A stretch of DNA of 64,000 nucleotides from a virus. Lineage: Duplodnaviria; Caudoviricetes. The notes under the pieces are model-generated. The model searched no databases and was not told where the DNA came from. It was given only the letters and a program-made list of their open reading frames with translations. The DNA lies in IMG/VR virus record IMGVR_UViG_3300047160_018490, positions 13,903 through 77,902 of that record, one strand, 5' to 3'. The number at the start of each line of letters is the position of its first letter. The stretch's first letter is position 1. Shown one piece after another: positions 18,734 to 27,086 of the stretch. The translations under genes and the position numbers were made by a program.

Positions 18734-19434
18734 TAGACTCCTACCCTTTCAGCGTGGGGCGCCTCATTGGCATGGTAGAGGACGCAGTGCTCACCCATGA
18801 GAGGAGACCATGCTCTCTCACAGTAGTGCGCTTCCTCAGGATGAGGGTGGTCCGCGAGGTCCTCCAGCAGCCCTTCATAGAGGGAGCGGGGGCGCCTCTT
18901 AATCATCTCTCTGGAGGCAGCGAAGCAGGCGCCTGGGGCGTAGCGGATCTCCCAGGCGTCTCTCAGCTCAATGCCCAACTTCTCCCGGAACCATGCCAGG
19001 AAGGACAGCCCTGCCGGCCGCATGTCCTTGGGATAGCTATAGACTCTATTGATGTTGGGCCAATTAAGATACCCAGAGGGGAGCCACTCTCTGCAATGCG
19101 TGAACCCAGGAAAGAAGGGGATGCAGGAGGGCTGGAGGAGTCCCTTCACGATGGAGAGGCCGAGCATGTGCGGGAAGGGGTCACCCTGCAAGAAACCAGT
19201 CCAGTCTGCGAGGGTGTCCCACCTGGAGAGGAGGTGGATGAGATAGGTGTGAGCTTCTCTACCCACGTTAGGGAGGGTGATGACCCGTGCGCGAGTGTCC
19301 ACAGCGAGAGGAGAGGGCCCCTTGTTGTAGACTGTGACCTCAAACATCCTTCCGAAGCGGATGCTATCTTCGTAGACATCCGTAACCCACGAGAGGTCCT
19401 CTTCATACCTGGCCACTACCAGCTCGATGCTCAC
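18733..19434 (-). CDS. DUF3431-like protein
   Basis: ELVVARYEEDLSWV...YNKG...LPNVGREAHTYLIHL...FLQGDPFPH. Probable GTG start at 19434 (GTGA overlap with the upstream stop). Confidence 0.8.
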   Translation of the reverse strand: MSIELVVARYEEDLSWVTDVYEDSIRFGRMFEVTVYNKGPSPLAVDTRARVITLPNVGREAHTYLIHLLSRWDTLADWTGFLQGDPFPHMLGLSIVKGLLQPSCIPFFPGFTHCREWLPSGYLNWPNINRVYSYPKDMRPAGLSFLAWFREKLGIELRDAWEIRYAPGACFAASREMIKRRPRSLYEGLLEDLADHPHPEEAHYCERAWSPLMGEHCVLYHANEAPHAERVGV

Positions 19435-20432
19435 TTTCCCACTCCTCTGAAAAGGGCGCTCCAGGCACGCAGGCACTCGCCGTAGTGCTTCAAGTAAGGG
19501 TCCTGGGTCCAATGGAGCTTCGTGCCGATCTCGAACAACATCCCCTGTGCCGTATCGCAGAAGAGGTTGATACCGTCTACCTTCTCCCAGAAGGTCTCGT
19601 TGAATTTCATTCCTGGAGCTTCCAGGGCCAGGTTCTTCCTGGCATCAGAAGCCCTATCATGCCGAATGAAGGGCTCGCCAATGGAGATTTGCCACCCTAG
19701 CCTGTCACAGATTTTTTTGGCTATAATGCCCATCCAGATATCATCGAAGCGGTGGTAGGGCACCCCGTCCCCTGAGGGGGCGAAGTACAGGAGTGGGATA
19801 GCTTCCCTCTTCACACAGAGGTTCATCCCGCAGATGGGGGCATACTCTCCCCTGGCGAGGAGTCTCCCCCCGGGGGGAGGTATATAGGGGCAGCTTTTGC
19901 CCTCTGTTTCTTCATCCCTTTCTAGCTCCGTGCGGGCATCGAAGTCGGGGTTCTTGCTCCACAGGCCCATCGACATCATGACATCTTCTCTCACCCCAAT
20001 GCTCTCGTAGGGGAGGCCCCTCACCCGCATGCCAGGCCAGGTGGTGTTCCACTTCGGGGTGCGAGCGAGGACCTCATGGTGCCTCTGCATGAGGGTGCTC
20101 TGGTCGTGAGGGTAGTGAGGGTAGCAGTCATCGTCCAGGGTGAGGACGAAGTCATACCCCTCCTTCCACGCGATGTAGAGCCCGAAGGAGCGGCATGCAC
20201 TGCTCCCCTTGGAGATGGTGAAGGCACTCTCCCCGAGAATGCGGCGGTAGTCTGCCTGGGAGAAGTGGAGGAGGCGCTTCCCGAGAGTAATAGAGCAAGG
20301 GGTGAAAGTAGGCTGTGGACTGTCCTCAACGAGGATGATAGTGTCCCAACCTCCTTTCCCCTCCCACTCCTGAAGGAAGCGGAGGAAGGAGTCTGGGCGG
20401 TTAGATGGGACTACCAGGGCGGCAGAGGCCAC
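19431..20432 (-). CDS. RGP / UDP-arabinopyranose mutase (GT75)-like protein
   Basis: SACRSFG..., LTLDDDCYP, RGLPY, SMGLWSKNPDFDA, PICGMNL, RFDDIWMG..AKKICDRLG and HDRAS..KNL are colinear with motifs of plant RGP/UAM as I recall them. Confidence 0.8.
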   Translation of the reverse strand: MASAALVVPSNRPDSFLRFLQEWEGKGGWDTIILVEDSPQPTFTPCSITLGKRLLHFSQADYRRILGESAFTISKGSSACRSFGLYIAWKEGYDFVLTLDDDCYPHYPHDQSTLMQRHHEVLARTPKWNTTWPGMRVRGLPYESIGVREDVMMSMGLWSKNPDFDARTELERDEETEGKSCPYIPPPGGRLLARGEYAPICGMNLCVKREAIPLLYFAPSGDGVPYHRFDDIWMGIIAKKICDRLGWQISIGEPFIRHDRASDARKNLALEAPGMKFNETFWEKVDGINLFCDTAQGMLFEIGTKLHWTQDPYLKHYGECLRAWSALFRGVGK

Positions 20433-20460
20433 GATTCTGCCCTCCAGGTGAAGGAAGTGT

Positions 20461-20493
20461 TGGGGGAGTACCTCGCGGCAGAGGACTCCCCCA
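20461..20493 (-). terminator. GC-rich hairpin just after the decoration gene
   Basis: TGGGGGAGT(a)CCTC-gcggca-GAGG-ACTCCCCCA forms a 13 bp stem with one bulge; the U-tract is weak. Confidence 0.45.
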
Positions 20494-20499
20494 GTTATG

Positions 20500-20976
20500 C
20501 TACATCACCTGCCGGTTGAGCAGCGAGGTGTTGGTGCTGAAGTCGAACTGGTTGCAGGGCTCGTAGCTTCCATGACCACCAAACAGGCTGCCGGCGATGT
20601 TGACGTTGTTGCCGGCGTTGGTGTTGGTGGTGGTCTGAATGAGCATCTGCACCCAGGTGTTGTTCGCCGGGATCTGGTCCGCCCGCATTTCGATGGTGCC
20701 CTCGGAGTTGCTCGTGTTGAGGGTCACCGTAGCCCCTGAAGGCACATTCGAGAAGGTGCCGTTGTTGGCGTTCGAGGACTGAAACTGGGCTGTGATGTTG
20801 GTCACGTTCGCGCCAATCGTCTGGGCCATGACGTGGCCCATGATGCGGCGGAACTTGGCCATGCTCACCGGCCCCACCAGCGTGTTGACCGTGTTGTTGT
20901 TGCTGTTGGGCGCCGCAGGGTAGCTGGACGCAGCCGGAATGGTGATCGCCTGCGTCATCTGCTCGACAAACTTCAT
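20500..20976 (-). CDS. putative capsid decoration/cement protein
   Basis: 158 aa Asn/Thr-rich beta protein immediately after the capsid genes; AGGAG upstream. Confidence 0.55.
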   Translation of the reverse strand: MKFVEQMTQAITIPAASSYPAAPNSNNNTVNTLVGPVSMAKFRRIMGHVMAQTIGANVTNITAQFQSSNANNGTFSNVPSGATVTLNTSNSEGTIEMRADQIPANNTWVQMLIQTTTNTNAGNNVNIAGSLFGGHGSYEPCNQFDFSTNTSLLNRQVM

Positions 20977-20998
20977 GGTAATCTCCTGTAGGGAGAGG

Positions 20999-21017
20999 AA
21001 AAGGGAGCAATCTCCCT
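20999..21017 (-). terminator. short intrinsic terminator after the second capsid gene
   Basis: Minus strand AGGGAG-ATTG-CTCCCT followed by TTT; overlaps the stop codon. Confidence 0.45.
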
Positions 21018-22170
21018 ACTTGAGGATGATGTAGGGACTCACCATAGTGGTTCCATCCTGTAAGGTTATGGCAGATTGAACCTGGGGCTTGCCATCTGCC
21101 CGCAACCAGACCCTGAAGTCGGTCTGGTTTGTCTTGAAGGCTGGTCCCAGAGTGTCTGCATCAATGAGGACTTCCTGCCTCATACCGACTACGTAAAGCC
21201 AGGGATCGAAGAAGATCAGGTCACCAAGAGAGCCCAGGGTGGACAACTTCTCTGTGATGAAGACCGGCCTGGTGAGGAGGCTCCCCACCTGGCCGCCCTC
21301 ATCGTTGGCCTCCACGTTCAGGAAGAAGTTGGCCACCTGGATGAGCTGGGCAACACACGCAGGGGAAGAGGCCCAGATGGCGTTCTTCCAGGAGAAAGGC
21401 AACATCGCCGCTGCCATGTTGGCGATATCTACCTGGAGGATCTGGCTTGGTGTGTGCCTGGATACTGTCTTGGCTGCGGGGGCGTTGATGATCCCCAGAG
21501 GCATCTGGTTGGAGGTGCCTGTGCCCTGGAGGAAGGCATATTCCAGATACCACGCTGCCGCCATCCCGAAGAGCTTCAGGAGGTGATCCTCGCCCTCCGT
21601 GTTAGCGTCCTCCAACCAGTCATTAGAGACCGTGGCGTAGCCCAGAAGGTCCCACGCTGTGAGGGGGTCACTCCTGAACTTGGGCTCTGTTTCGGAGGGG
21701 GCTTGCGAGGTGCCCCACTTGAAGATGAGCCCACCGAAGAAGGGAGAGGTGGCTGCCGACTGGGCCGTCTCGGCATCCACCTTTGGACACTCAGTGGTGA
21801 GGGAGCGCATGGGGATCACATGCGCTCGCGGGTAAATGAAGCTGTTCTCGCTGATGGCCTGGAGGAGCTGGTTGGTAAAGTCCGTAGGCACCAGGTAGCC
21901 ACCAACGGCACCCGAGGTCTCTCCCATCGCCGCCTTCTGCACCTGGCCGGGAAGGACACGGAAGGGGCTCCGATAGTGCTTCTGGAGGATGTCTTCTCCA
22001 GCCATTCGGGTGGGTTCAGAGAAGGGGTCCCTGGCAGCCCTTACAGCCTTCAGGAAGCCTGTGAAGGACCTCCGGTGGGGAACCTCCAGAGGGGGAGCGC
22101 CAACCGGGCCACCCCCACGAACCAGGGGGGGACGCATGTTTGGCTTCATTGGCAGTGTCGATACGGCCAT
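21016..22170 (-). CDS. second HK97-fold major capsid paralogue
   Basis: KAAMGETSGAVGGYLVPTDF..., GTGTSNQMPLGIINAP, LLTRPVFITEKL..GDLIFFD...RADGKP; colinear with the 517 aa capsid protein. Confidence 0.9.
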   Translation of the reverse strand: MAVSTLPMKPNMRPPLVRGGGPVGAPPLEVPHRRSFTGFLKAVRAARDPFSEPTRMAGEDILQKHYRSPFRVLPGQVQKAAMGETSGAVGGYLVPTDFTNQLLQAISENSFIYPRAHVIPMRSLTTECPKVDAETAQSAATSPFFGGLIFKWGTSQAPSETEPKFRSDPLTAWDLLGYATVSNDWLEDANTEGEDHLLKLFGMAAAWYLEYAFLQGTGTSNQMPLGIINAPAAKTVSRHTPSQILQVDIANMAAAMLPFSWKNAIWASSPACVAQLIQVANFFLNVEANDEGGQVGSLLTRPVFITEKLSTLGSLGDLIFFDPWLYVVGMRQEVLIDADTLGPAFKTNQTDFRVWLRADGKPQVQSAITLQDGTTMVSPYIILK

Positions 22171-22352
22171 CAGTCCTTTTTCTTCTCCCTGCGAGCCTTC
22201 AGTTCCTCCTCTAACTCCTTTTCAGAGAGCTGGGAGAGGAGATGCTGTCTGAGATCGTGGGCCCTATCGAGGAACCTCCGTGCCTCCTCTTCAGAGGGGA
22301 GGGAGTCCTTCGGGGAGTTATCCCTGTCGATGCCAAACTTCGCGTGAGCCAA
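22170..22352 (-). CDS. small charged hypothetical protein
   Basis: 60 aa ORF whose stop abuts the capsid-2 start (TGATG). Confidence 0.45.
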   Translation of the reverse strand: MAHAKFGIDRDNSPKDSLPSEEEARRFLDRAHDLRQHLLSQLSEKELEEELKARREKKKD

Positions 22353-22375
22353 GGAAACCTCTATCAGAAAGGGAG

Positions 22376-22443
22376 GCTGCTGGGGGGCCTGACACCCACC
22401 CTCTCCGTGGGGAATGGCCGGACACCACTCTCCCCCCAGCAGC
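22376..22443 (-). terminator. 12 bp perfect inverted repeat downstream of the major capsid gene
   Basis: GCTGCTGGGGGG (22376-22387) and CCCCCCAGCAGC (22432-22443) with a 44 nt loop; CTCCCTTTCT follows on the minus strand. Confidence 0.45.
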
Positions 22444-22475
22444 GGAGTCCCTTGAATGTACCCCTTGAGAGGTTC

Positions 22476-24029
22476 TCAGTTTAGCACAACAAACGGCGAG
22501 ATCGTCCATCCCGCCTGGTCCGTGATGGCGTTGTTCAGCCAGGGCTTGCCATCGCACCGGGCGATGACCCGCCACGCCAACTGGTTGTTGCGGAAGAGGT
22601 AATGCGGGCTGACATCAATCTGCATGTCCAACCGCATGCCGATGACGTAGCGGCTCCAATCCACCAGCATCACGTCGCCCTTGGTTCCAAGCTGCGGCAG
22701 CTTCTCGGTGAAGAAGACTGGCAAGCCGTTCAAGAAGGCGTTGGGGAGCTTGGAGGCAGCGGGGCCCCTGTCCGTGGTCATCGTGGGATTGACCCACACG
22801 AGGCGGTTGCCGGCCGGGAAGGACGAGGATGGAGAGGCGGCGTTGCCCCAACCTCCATCGACCATCATCAGGAGCTGAGGCAGCACGCTCTGATGCATGA
22901 TCCAGGCGGCGTCATCCCAGGAGCGCACCTGGAGGTGGGCCAGCATGGTGGCCGCGTCCTGGTAGAGGAAGCGCGAGGACTGGAGGCGGCCCTGGGAGAT
23001 GGTGGCCGGGGCGTTGAGGATGCCCAGAGGCATCGAGGAGCCGGCTCCCTTCCCTTGCAGATAGGCAAACTCCTTGTACCAGGTAATCGCCTGGCCAAAC
23101 AACTGCGTCAAAAGGGCGTCCAGCCCGATGCCGTTGTCTGCCAGGAGCTGGTTGCTGGAGACGCTGTAGAGGACCAGGTCCCACGCGGTCCAGACACTCT
23201 GCTTGAAGGCTGGCTCCGTCTCGTTGATGGTGGCCGCTTCAGGCTGCCACTGGGCCAGGATGCCGCCGAAGTACGGAGAGGTGCCGCTGGCCTGGACAGT
23301 GGTGATGTCCAGCATCGGCCACTCAGCCGTGCGGGAATTCATTGGCACCACCTTGGCGCGGGGCTCGATGAAGCCATCCTCGGCCGCGATGGTAAGCAGC
23401 TCCTGCATGAACTGCGGGGGGATCAGGTATCCACCCGTCTGGCCGGAGCCTTCTGCGAGGGCTGTCTTGCGCCTCTCATTCAGGAGTACCTGCCCATTGC
23501 GATAGGTGGGCACCCCCACAGTGGCAGCCTTGGCAACGGTGACGAAGCCGTGCTGCCTCTCAAACTGCTCCATGCCGTAGTTTTCGCCAAACAGTCCCTG
23601 CGACTTGGCGATGGCCTGGGCATCCTTGTTGCCTGAGAGGGCTGCCATCGAGACCAGGGCCGGGCCGATGCCGGAGATGCGAGGTCTGCCACTCTTCCGC
23701 ATCCCGAACAGGTCCACTGCGGCAGGTGAGGTATAGGCCCCACCCAGGGCCTTCAACTGCTCCACCGGCCAATCGCGGTAGGAGGACTGCCGCCACCTCT
23801 CATAGGAGCGGTCGATGTCCCCGATGATGGCACCCGGAGATGGGCCAGCAGGGGTGCGAGCCATCTTCTCAACGGCTTTCTCGATCTGGTCGAGCCGCTG
23901 GAGGGCGAGAAGGTTGATGTCCGCAGGGGGACGAGGGGGCTGCTGGGGCTGGTAGCCAGGACCACCAGGAGGAGCGCCCGCAGGACGGCGCTGGGGCGGA
24001 GGAGGGGTACGAGTTGGGACGGTCGCCAT
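22476..24029 (-). CDS. HK97-family major capsid protein with an N-terminal delta/scaffold domain
   Basis: KTALAEGSGQTGGYLIPPQF, GKGAGSSMPLGILNAP, FLNGLPVFFTEKLP..GDVMLVDWSRY..RCDGKP; about 188 aa N-terminal extension. Confidence 0.92.
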   Translation of the reverse strand: MATVPTRTPPPPQRRPAGAPPGGPGYQPQQPPRPPADINLLALQRLDQIEKAVEKMARTPAGPSPGAIIGDIDRSYERWRQSSYRDWPVEQLKALGGAYTSPAAVDLFGMRKSGRPRISGIGPALVSMAALSGNKDAQAIAKSQGLFGENYGMEQFERQHGFVTVAKAATVGVPTYRNGQVLLNERRKTALAEGSGQTGGYLIPPQFMQELLTIAAEDGFIEPRAKVVPMNSRTAEWPMLDITTVQASGTSPYFGGILAQWQPEAATINETEPAFKQSVWTAWDLVLYSVSSNQLLADNGIGLDALLTQLFGQAITWYKEFAYLQGKGAGSSMPLGILNAPATISQGRLQSSRFLYQDAATMLAHLQVRSWDDAAWIMHQSVLPQLLMMVDGGWGNAASPSSSFPAGNRLVWVNPTMTTDRGPAASKLPNAFLNGLPVFFTEKLPQLGTKGDVMLVDWSRYVIGMRLDMQIDVSPHYLFRNNQLAWRVIARCDGKPWLNNAITDQAGWTISPFVVLN

Positions 24030-24040
24030 GTTCGGTTCTC

Positions 24041-24200
24041 CGGCAGGATGCCTCCCCGAAGGGTCGGCAGGATGCCCCTAAGAGAGGGGCCAAAAAGAGA
24101 ACCCGCGGGCCTGGCAGGGTTGAGGGAACTCTTCGGGAGAAGAAGAGCTTGCCAGGGACCGCGGGTTCATGCCAACTCCTGAGAGCCTTCTCTCAGGTTG
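24041..24200 (-). ncRNA. candidate structured RNA in the capsid-gene leader
   Basis: Nested stems GAACCCGCGG/CCGCGGGTTC, CCTGGCA/TGCCAGG and CTCTTC/GAAGAG (24099-24168); hairpins at 24074-24090 and 24178-24197; direct repeat CGGCAGGATGCC at 24041 and 24065. Confidence 0.4.
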
Positions 24201-24232
24201 AACCGAACACCCGCTTGCGGGATAAAGTTAGA

Positions 24233-24418
24233 CTACTTCTCCTTAGCTTTCAGTGTCACCCACTTTGCCGTCACGCTACCATCCTGGAGGTCCAGTTCCA
24301 GGGTCATCCGGCCTGTCACTTTCCTCTCCCTGGCGCCCATGAGGTGCCGGAGGAGGAGGTTGAGGAGGTCCCGGTCTGCCTGGGTCAGTTCTTCCCTGAG
24401 CGCTGGTGTACTCGCCAT
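24233..24418 (-). CDS. small DUF2292/YezD-like protein
   Basis: KVTGRMTLELDLQDGSVT pattern; probable start MASTP at 24418. Confidence 0.45.
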   Translation of the reverse strand: MASTPALREELTQADRDLLNLLLRHLMGARERKVTGRMTLELDLQDGSVTAKWVTLKAKEK

Positions 24419-24446
24419 ACAGGTTACGGGAGGGAGAGAGCCCTGT

Positions 24447-24893
24447 CTAGACCTCCGAGGGAATGCCAGGACCATCTCCTGAGTGAGCGTCCTCCCGAAG
24501 AGGAGGCTTCTTCACTGCGGCCTTCTCCAGATTGTGAGGATGCCTGGGGTGATCCAGGAAGCGGTTACTGGCGAAGGTGCCTTTCACCAGGTCCTCGATG
24601 CCCTGGGCGCTCATCTCTCCTTCCCTCCTGGCCACCGGCCTGCCATCAACGAAGACCATGATGGTGGGAAGGGCGTGGACGTTGTACTGCGAGGCCACGC
24701 TCTCCTGCGCGTCGGTATCCAGCCTGGCAAAGTGCGCCCTCTCCTTCATGGACTCGGCCGCCTCCTTGAAGGCAGGCTCCAGGTTCTTGCAATGAGGACA
24801 CCATTCCGCGAAAAAGTCCACCACGCAGCAGGGGGGCTCCTTGACTGCTTGCTGGAAGCTGGCGGAGTCCAGTTCTTTGACCAGGTCACTCAT
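24447..24893 (-). CDS. thioredoxin-fold protein with a WCPHC active site
   Basis: VVDFFAEWCPHCKNLEP...FARLDTD...YNVHALPTIMVFVDG. Thioredoxin fold, but the active-site dipeptide is not the canonical GP, so no symbol is given. Confidence 0.92.
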   Translation of the reverse strand: MSDLVKELDSASFQQAVKEPPCCVVDFFAEWCPHCKNLEPAFKEAAESMKERAHFARLDTDAQESVASQYNVHALPTIMVFVDGRPVARREGEMSAQGIEDLVKGTFASNRFLDHPRHPHNLEKAAVKKPPLREDAHSGDGPGIPSEV

Positions 24894-24955
24894 GTCTTCC
24901 TCCTACAATTTCCTGATGCCATCGAAGAAGATACCCGGGAGTATCTTGCTCTCGA

Positions 24956-25384
24956 TCATCTCGGCTCCATTCTGCGAAACATCCATACGGGGGTGGAGTT
25001 GGGCATGACTCCCTCCCAGTAGGCTTTGGCACCCAGGTCCATTCGCAGCATGTTCAGGTCGTTCAGGACAGCCTTCATGTTTCCTGCCTTCATTGCGCTT
25101 TGTGCAGCCTGAAGGTGAAGCCAGGGATACCACCTCTCATACATCTCCAGATACCACTCCTGATAGGAACACCCTTCCCAGACCTCCAGCTCCGGCTTCC
25201 AGTGATTCTCCTTGCAGATCCCATACTCCCAATGTTGGTAGTGAAAGCGAAGTTGCAGGATTACGACCTCAGGGGGTGGAAACCTTCCGAGGTCTTCAAC
25301 CTCTACAGGAGGGAGAGAGGATCCCTCCTCACTCCCGGGGGAAGGGAAGAAACTGAGGGCAAGGATGAGGGCAGTGGAGTTCAT
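24956..25384 (-). CDS. hypothetical protein with an N-terminal hydrophobic signal, Trp/Tyr-rich
   Basis: MNSTALILALSFF; DLGRFPP motif. Confidence 0.55.
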   Translation of the reverse strand: MNSTALILALSFFPSPGSEEGSSLPPVEVEDLGRFPPPEVVILQLRFHYQHWEYGICKENHWKPELEVWEGCSYQEWYLEMYERWYPWLHLQAAQSAMKAGNMKAVLNDLNMLRMDLGAKAYWEGVMPNSTPVWMFRRMEPR

Positions 25385-25605
25385 TCCTCTTTCTTCTCTG
25401 CCTCCCCTTGTGTGGGCCTCGATTGCATGCGCGAGAGGATGCCGGCCACCACAGCGTCATCGAGGTTGATTGCCCTTTGGAGGTCGTGGAGGAGCTGCAT
25501 CTGAGAGGCTGTGAAGATGCTTGCACAGGCCACCGGGCGCCCGAAGAGGGTGTCGAAGAGGGCCACGAGCTGCGTCCTCAGTTCAGCCACGGAAAGGGTT
25601 GGCAC
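25381..25605 (-). CDS. hypothetical protein
   Basis: 74 aa ORF with ATGA coupling to the downstream gene. Confidence 0.5.
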   Translation of the reverse strand: MPTLSVAELRTQLVALFDTLFGRPVACASIFTASQMQLLHDLQRAINLDDAVVAGILSRMQSRPTQGEAEKKEE

Positions 25606-25614
25606 GAGAGGCTC

Positions 25615-25824
25615 CTATTTCACAGGGAAGAAGGCATGTCCGATCAAGACGCCAAGCAAGAGGACGAAGTACAGGAGTAGGAGGGGGTATTTCGCTCCCA
25701 GACTGTGTACGTATCTTGAGAGGGTAGGTGCTCTCTTGGTGGCGTAGGCCCAGCTATCAAAGACCACCAGGAGGGTAATGGCTATCAGGATAATCCAACC
25801 AGTAAGGACCATCCCTATTACCAC
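25615..25824 (-). CDS. small two-TM membrane protein (holin candidate)
   Basis: Two hydrophobic segments in 69 aa with a basic loop. Confidence 0.45.
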   Translation of the reverse strand: MVIGMVLTGWIILIAITLLVVFDSWAYATKRAPTLSRYVHSLGAKYPLLLLYFVLLLGVLIGHAFFPVK

Positions 25825-26085
25825 TCAAGCACGCGCCCGGAAGCTCGCTGCTGGTGGCGTGCCAGCCGTAGCCAACCATGTTTGCACATCAGTCTGGAGC
25901 TGGGAGGCAGCAGCCTGGGTGGCGGTGGCGGCCGTAGTCAGGGCCGCCTGGTCAGCAGCCAGTTGCTGCTGGGCGGCGGTCAGGGCCGCCTGGGCCTGGT
26001 TGACCTGGGCGGCGGCCTGCTGCTGGGCGGTAATCGCTGCGTCGAGTGCAGACAGATCGGTCTGCACGTTAGAGGGTACAGACAT
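25825..26085 (-). CDS. Ala/Gln-rich coiled-coil protein
   Basis: AQQQAAAQVNQAQAALTAAQQQLAADQAAL heptad-like repeats; AGGAGAG upstream. Confidence 0.6.
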   Translation of the reverse strand: MSVPSNVQTDLSALDAAITAQQQAAAQVNQAQAALTAAQQQLAADQAALTTAATATQAAASQLQTDVQTWLATAGTPPAASFRARA

Positions 26086-26290
26086 GGTAATCTCTCCTGT
26101 TGAAGGACCAGTAACTACCTCAGCAGAGGGAAGAGAGGAGAGGTTTCTTGTACCCGGAAGGTTCCCGCACGGTATCCACCTTGCAACCGGGCCCTGAGTC
26201 CTCTCCCTCCCCCAAAAGAGCCAGTACCTCAGATCACGGAACGGAGGATGCCCCCAGGCACTACTCCAACCGAGGTCTGGCCCCTTCTTC

Positions 26291-26707
26291 TCAGCAGCAC
26301 AGGTGTGCCGTGCAGCACTCCACTGCCTTCAGGAGGTGCCCCAGGGTTTCCTGGCAGCACTTCTTGCAGTCGCACTCCTTCTCGCTGCAATGGCACTCGC
26401 AGCACAGGGCGGCGAGAAGGATCTGCCGCTGACAGCAGTGACAGCAGGCATGGCCGTCCTTGCCATCCGGACAGGGGCAGTCGTCCACCATCCCCTGGAG
26501 GTCGGCCTTCGGCGCCGGCTTCAGGTCCCCAATGAGGGCGATGACGAGGTTGACGAAGAGGCTGCCGTACTTGCCAACGAGGGCGAGGACGGCCTGCCAG
26601 TCGATGGCGCCAGTCGGGGTGAGGACTCCGGACTTCAGAAGGTGCTTCTTCTGCGCCTCAGTCAGAGTCAGGGGGACGGCATCAGGCATGATTCGGCTCC
26701 TTTTCAT
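26291..26707 (-). CDS. protein with a Cys-rich C-terminus
   Basis: CPCP...CCHCCQ...LCCECHC...CDCKKCC...ECC. Confidence 0.55.
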   Translation of the reverse strand: MKRSRIMPDAVPLTLTEAQKKHLLKSGVLTPTGAIDWQAVLALVGKYGSLFVNLVIALIGDLKPAPKADLQGMVDDCPCPDGKDGHACCHCCQRQILLAALCCECHCSEKECDCKKCCQETLGHLLKAVECCTAHLCC

Positions 26708-27086
26708 TGCTGGGAAACATCTGGTTGAAGAGGGAACACACCTCTTGCAAGTGGGCGATGCACACAGGCGAGGCTTGTTGCATGGAGGCTTCTGAGGCCA
26801 GAACCTCCCTCTGCTCCTGAAGGGTCATGTGCCCCCACAGGAGCCAGGTATTCTTGAGGCGGGTGAAGTTGGATAGGCTATGCGCCCTCAGGGTATCCGG
26901 ATCGAGGGGGCCAGCACCTTCCAGGCCCAGGTTGGCTGAGGCGATGGCGCGGATCTGCTCCAGGGCCAGGATACGGACTTCCCCCTCCTGCGCGGCAACG
27001 GTGGCGAGACGCAGGATTGCTGTCATTGCCTCTCTCAGATGGTCGAAGTCTACCTCTTCCATCATTCCTCCGTTACCTTCACACAC
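26682..27086 (-). CDS. hypothetical helical protein
   Basis: Co-directional ORF; the start may be MMEEVD. Confidence 0.5.
   Translation of the reverse strand: MCEGNGGMMEEVDFDHLREAMTAILRLATVAAQEGEVRILALEQIRAIASANLGLEGAGPLDPDTLRAHSLSNFTRLKNTWLLWGHMTLQEQREVLASEASMQQASPVCIAHLQEVCSLFNQMFPSNEKEPNHA

Noticed and set aside
24074-24096. Hairpin plus A-run as a terminator upstream of the capsid gene
   Set aside because: On the coding (minus) strand the T-run precedes the stem, which is the wrong order. It is kept only as part of the structured leader.
26086-26290. Possible RNA structure in the 200 nt intergenic gap
   Set aside because: Only short 5-7 bp stems (GGAGAGG/CCTCTCC, CCCGG/CCGGG), expected by chance in this purine-skewed GC-rich DNA.
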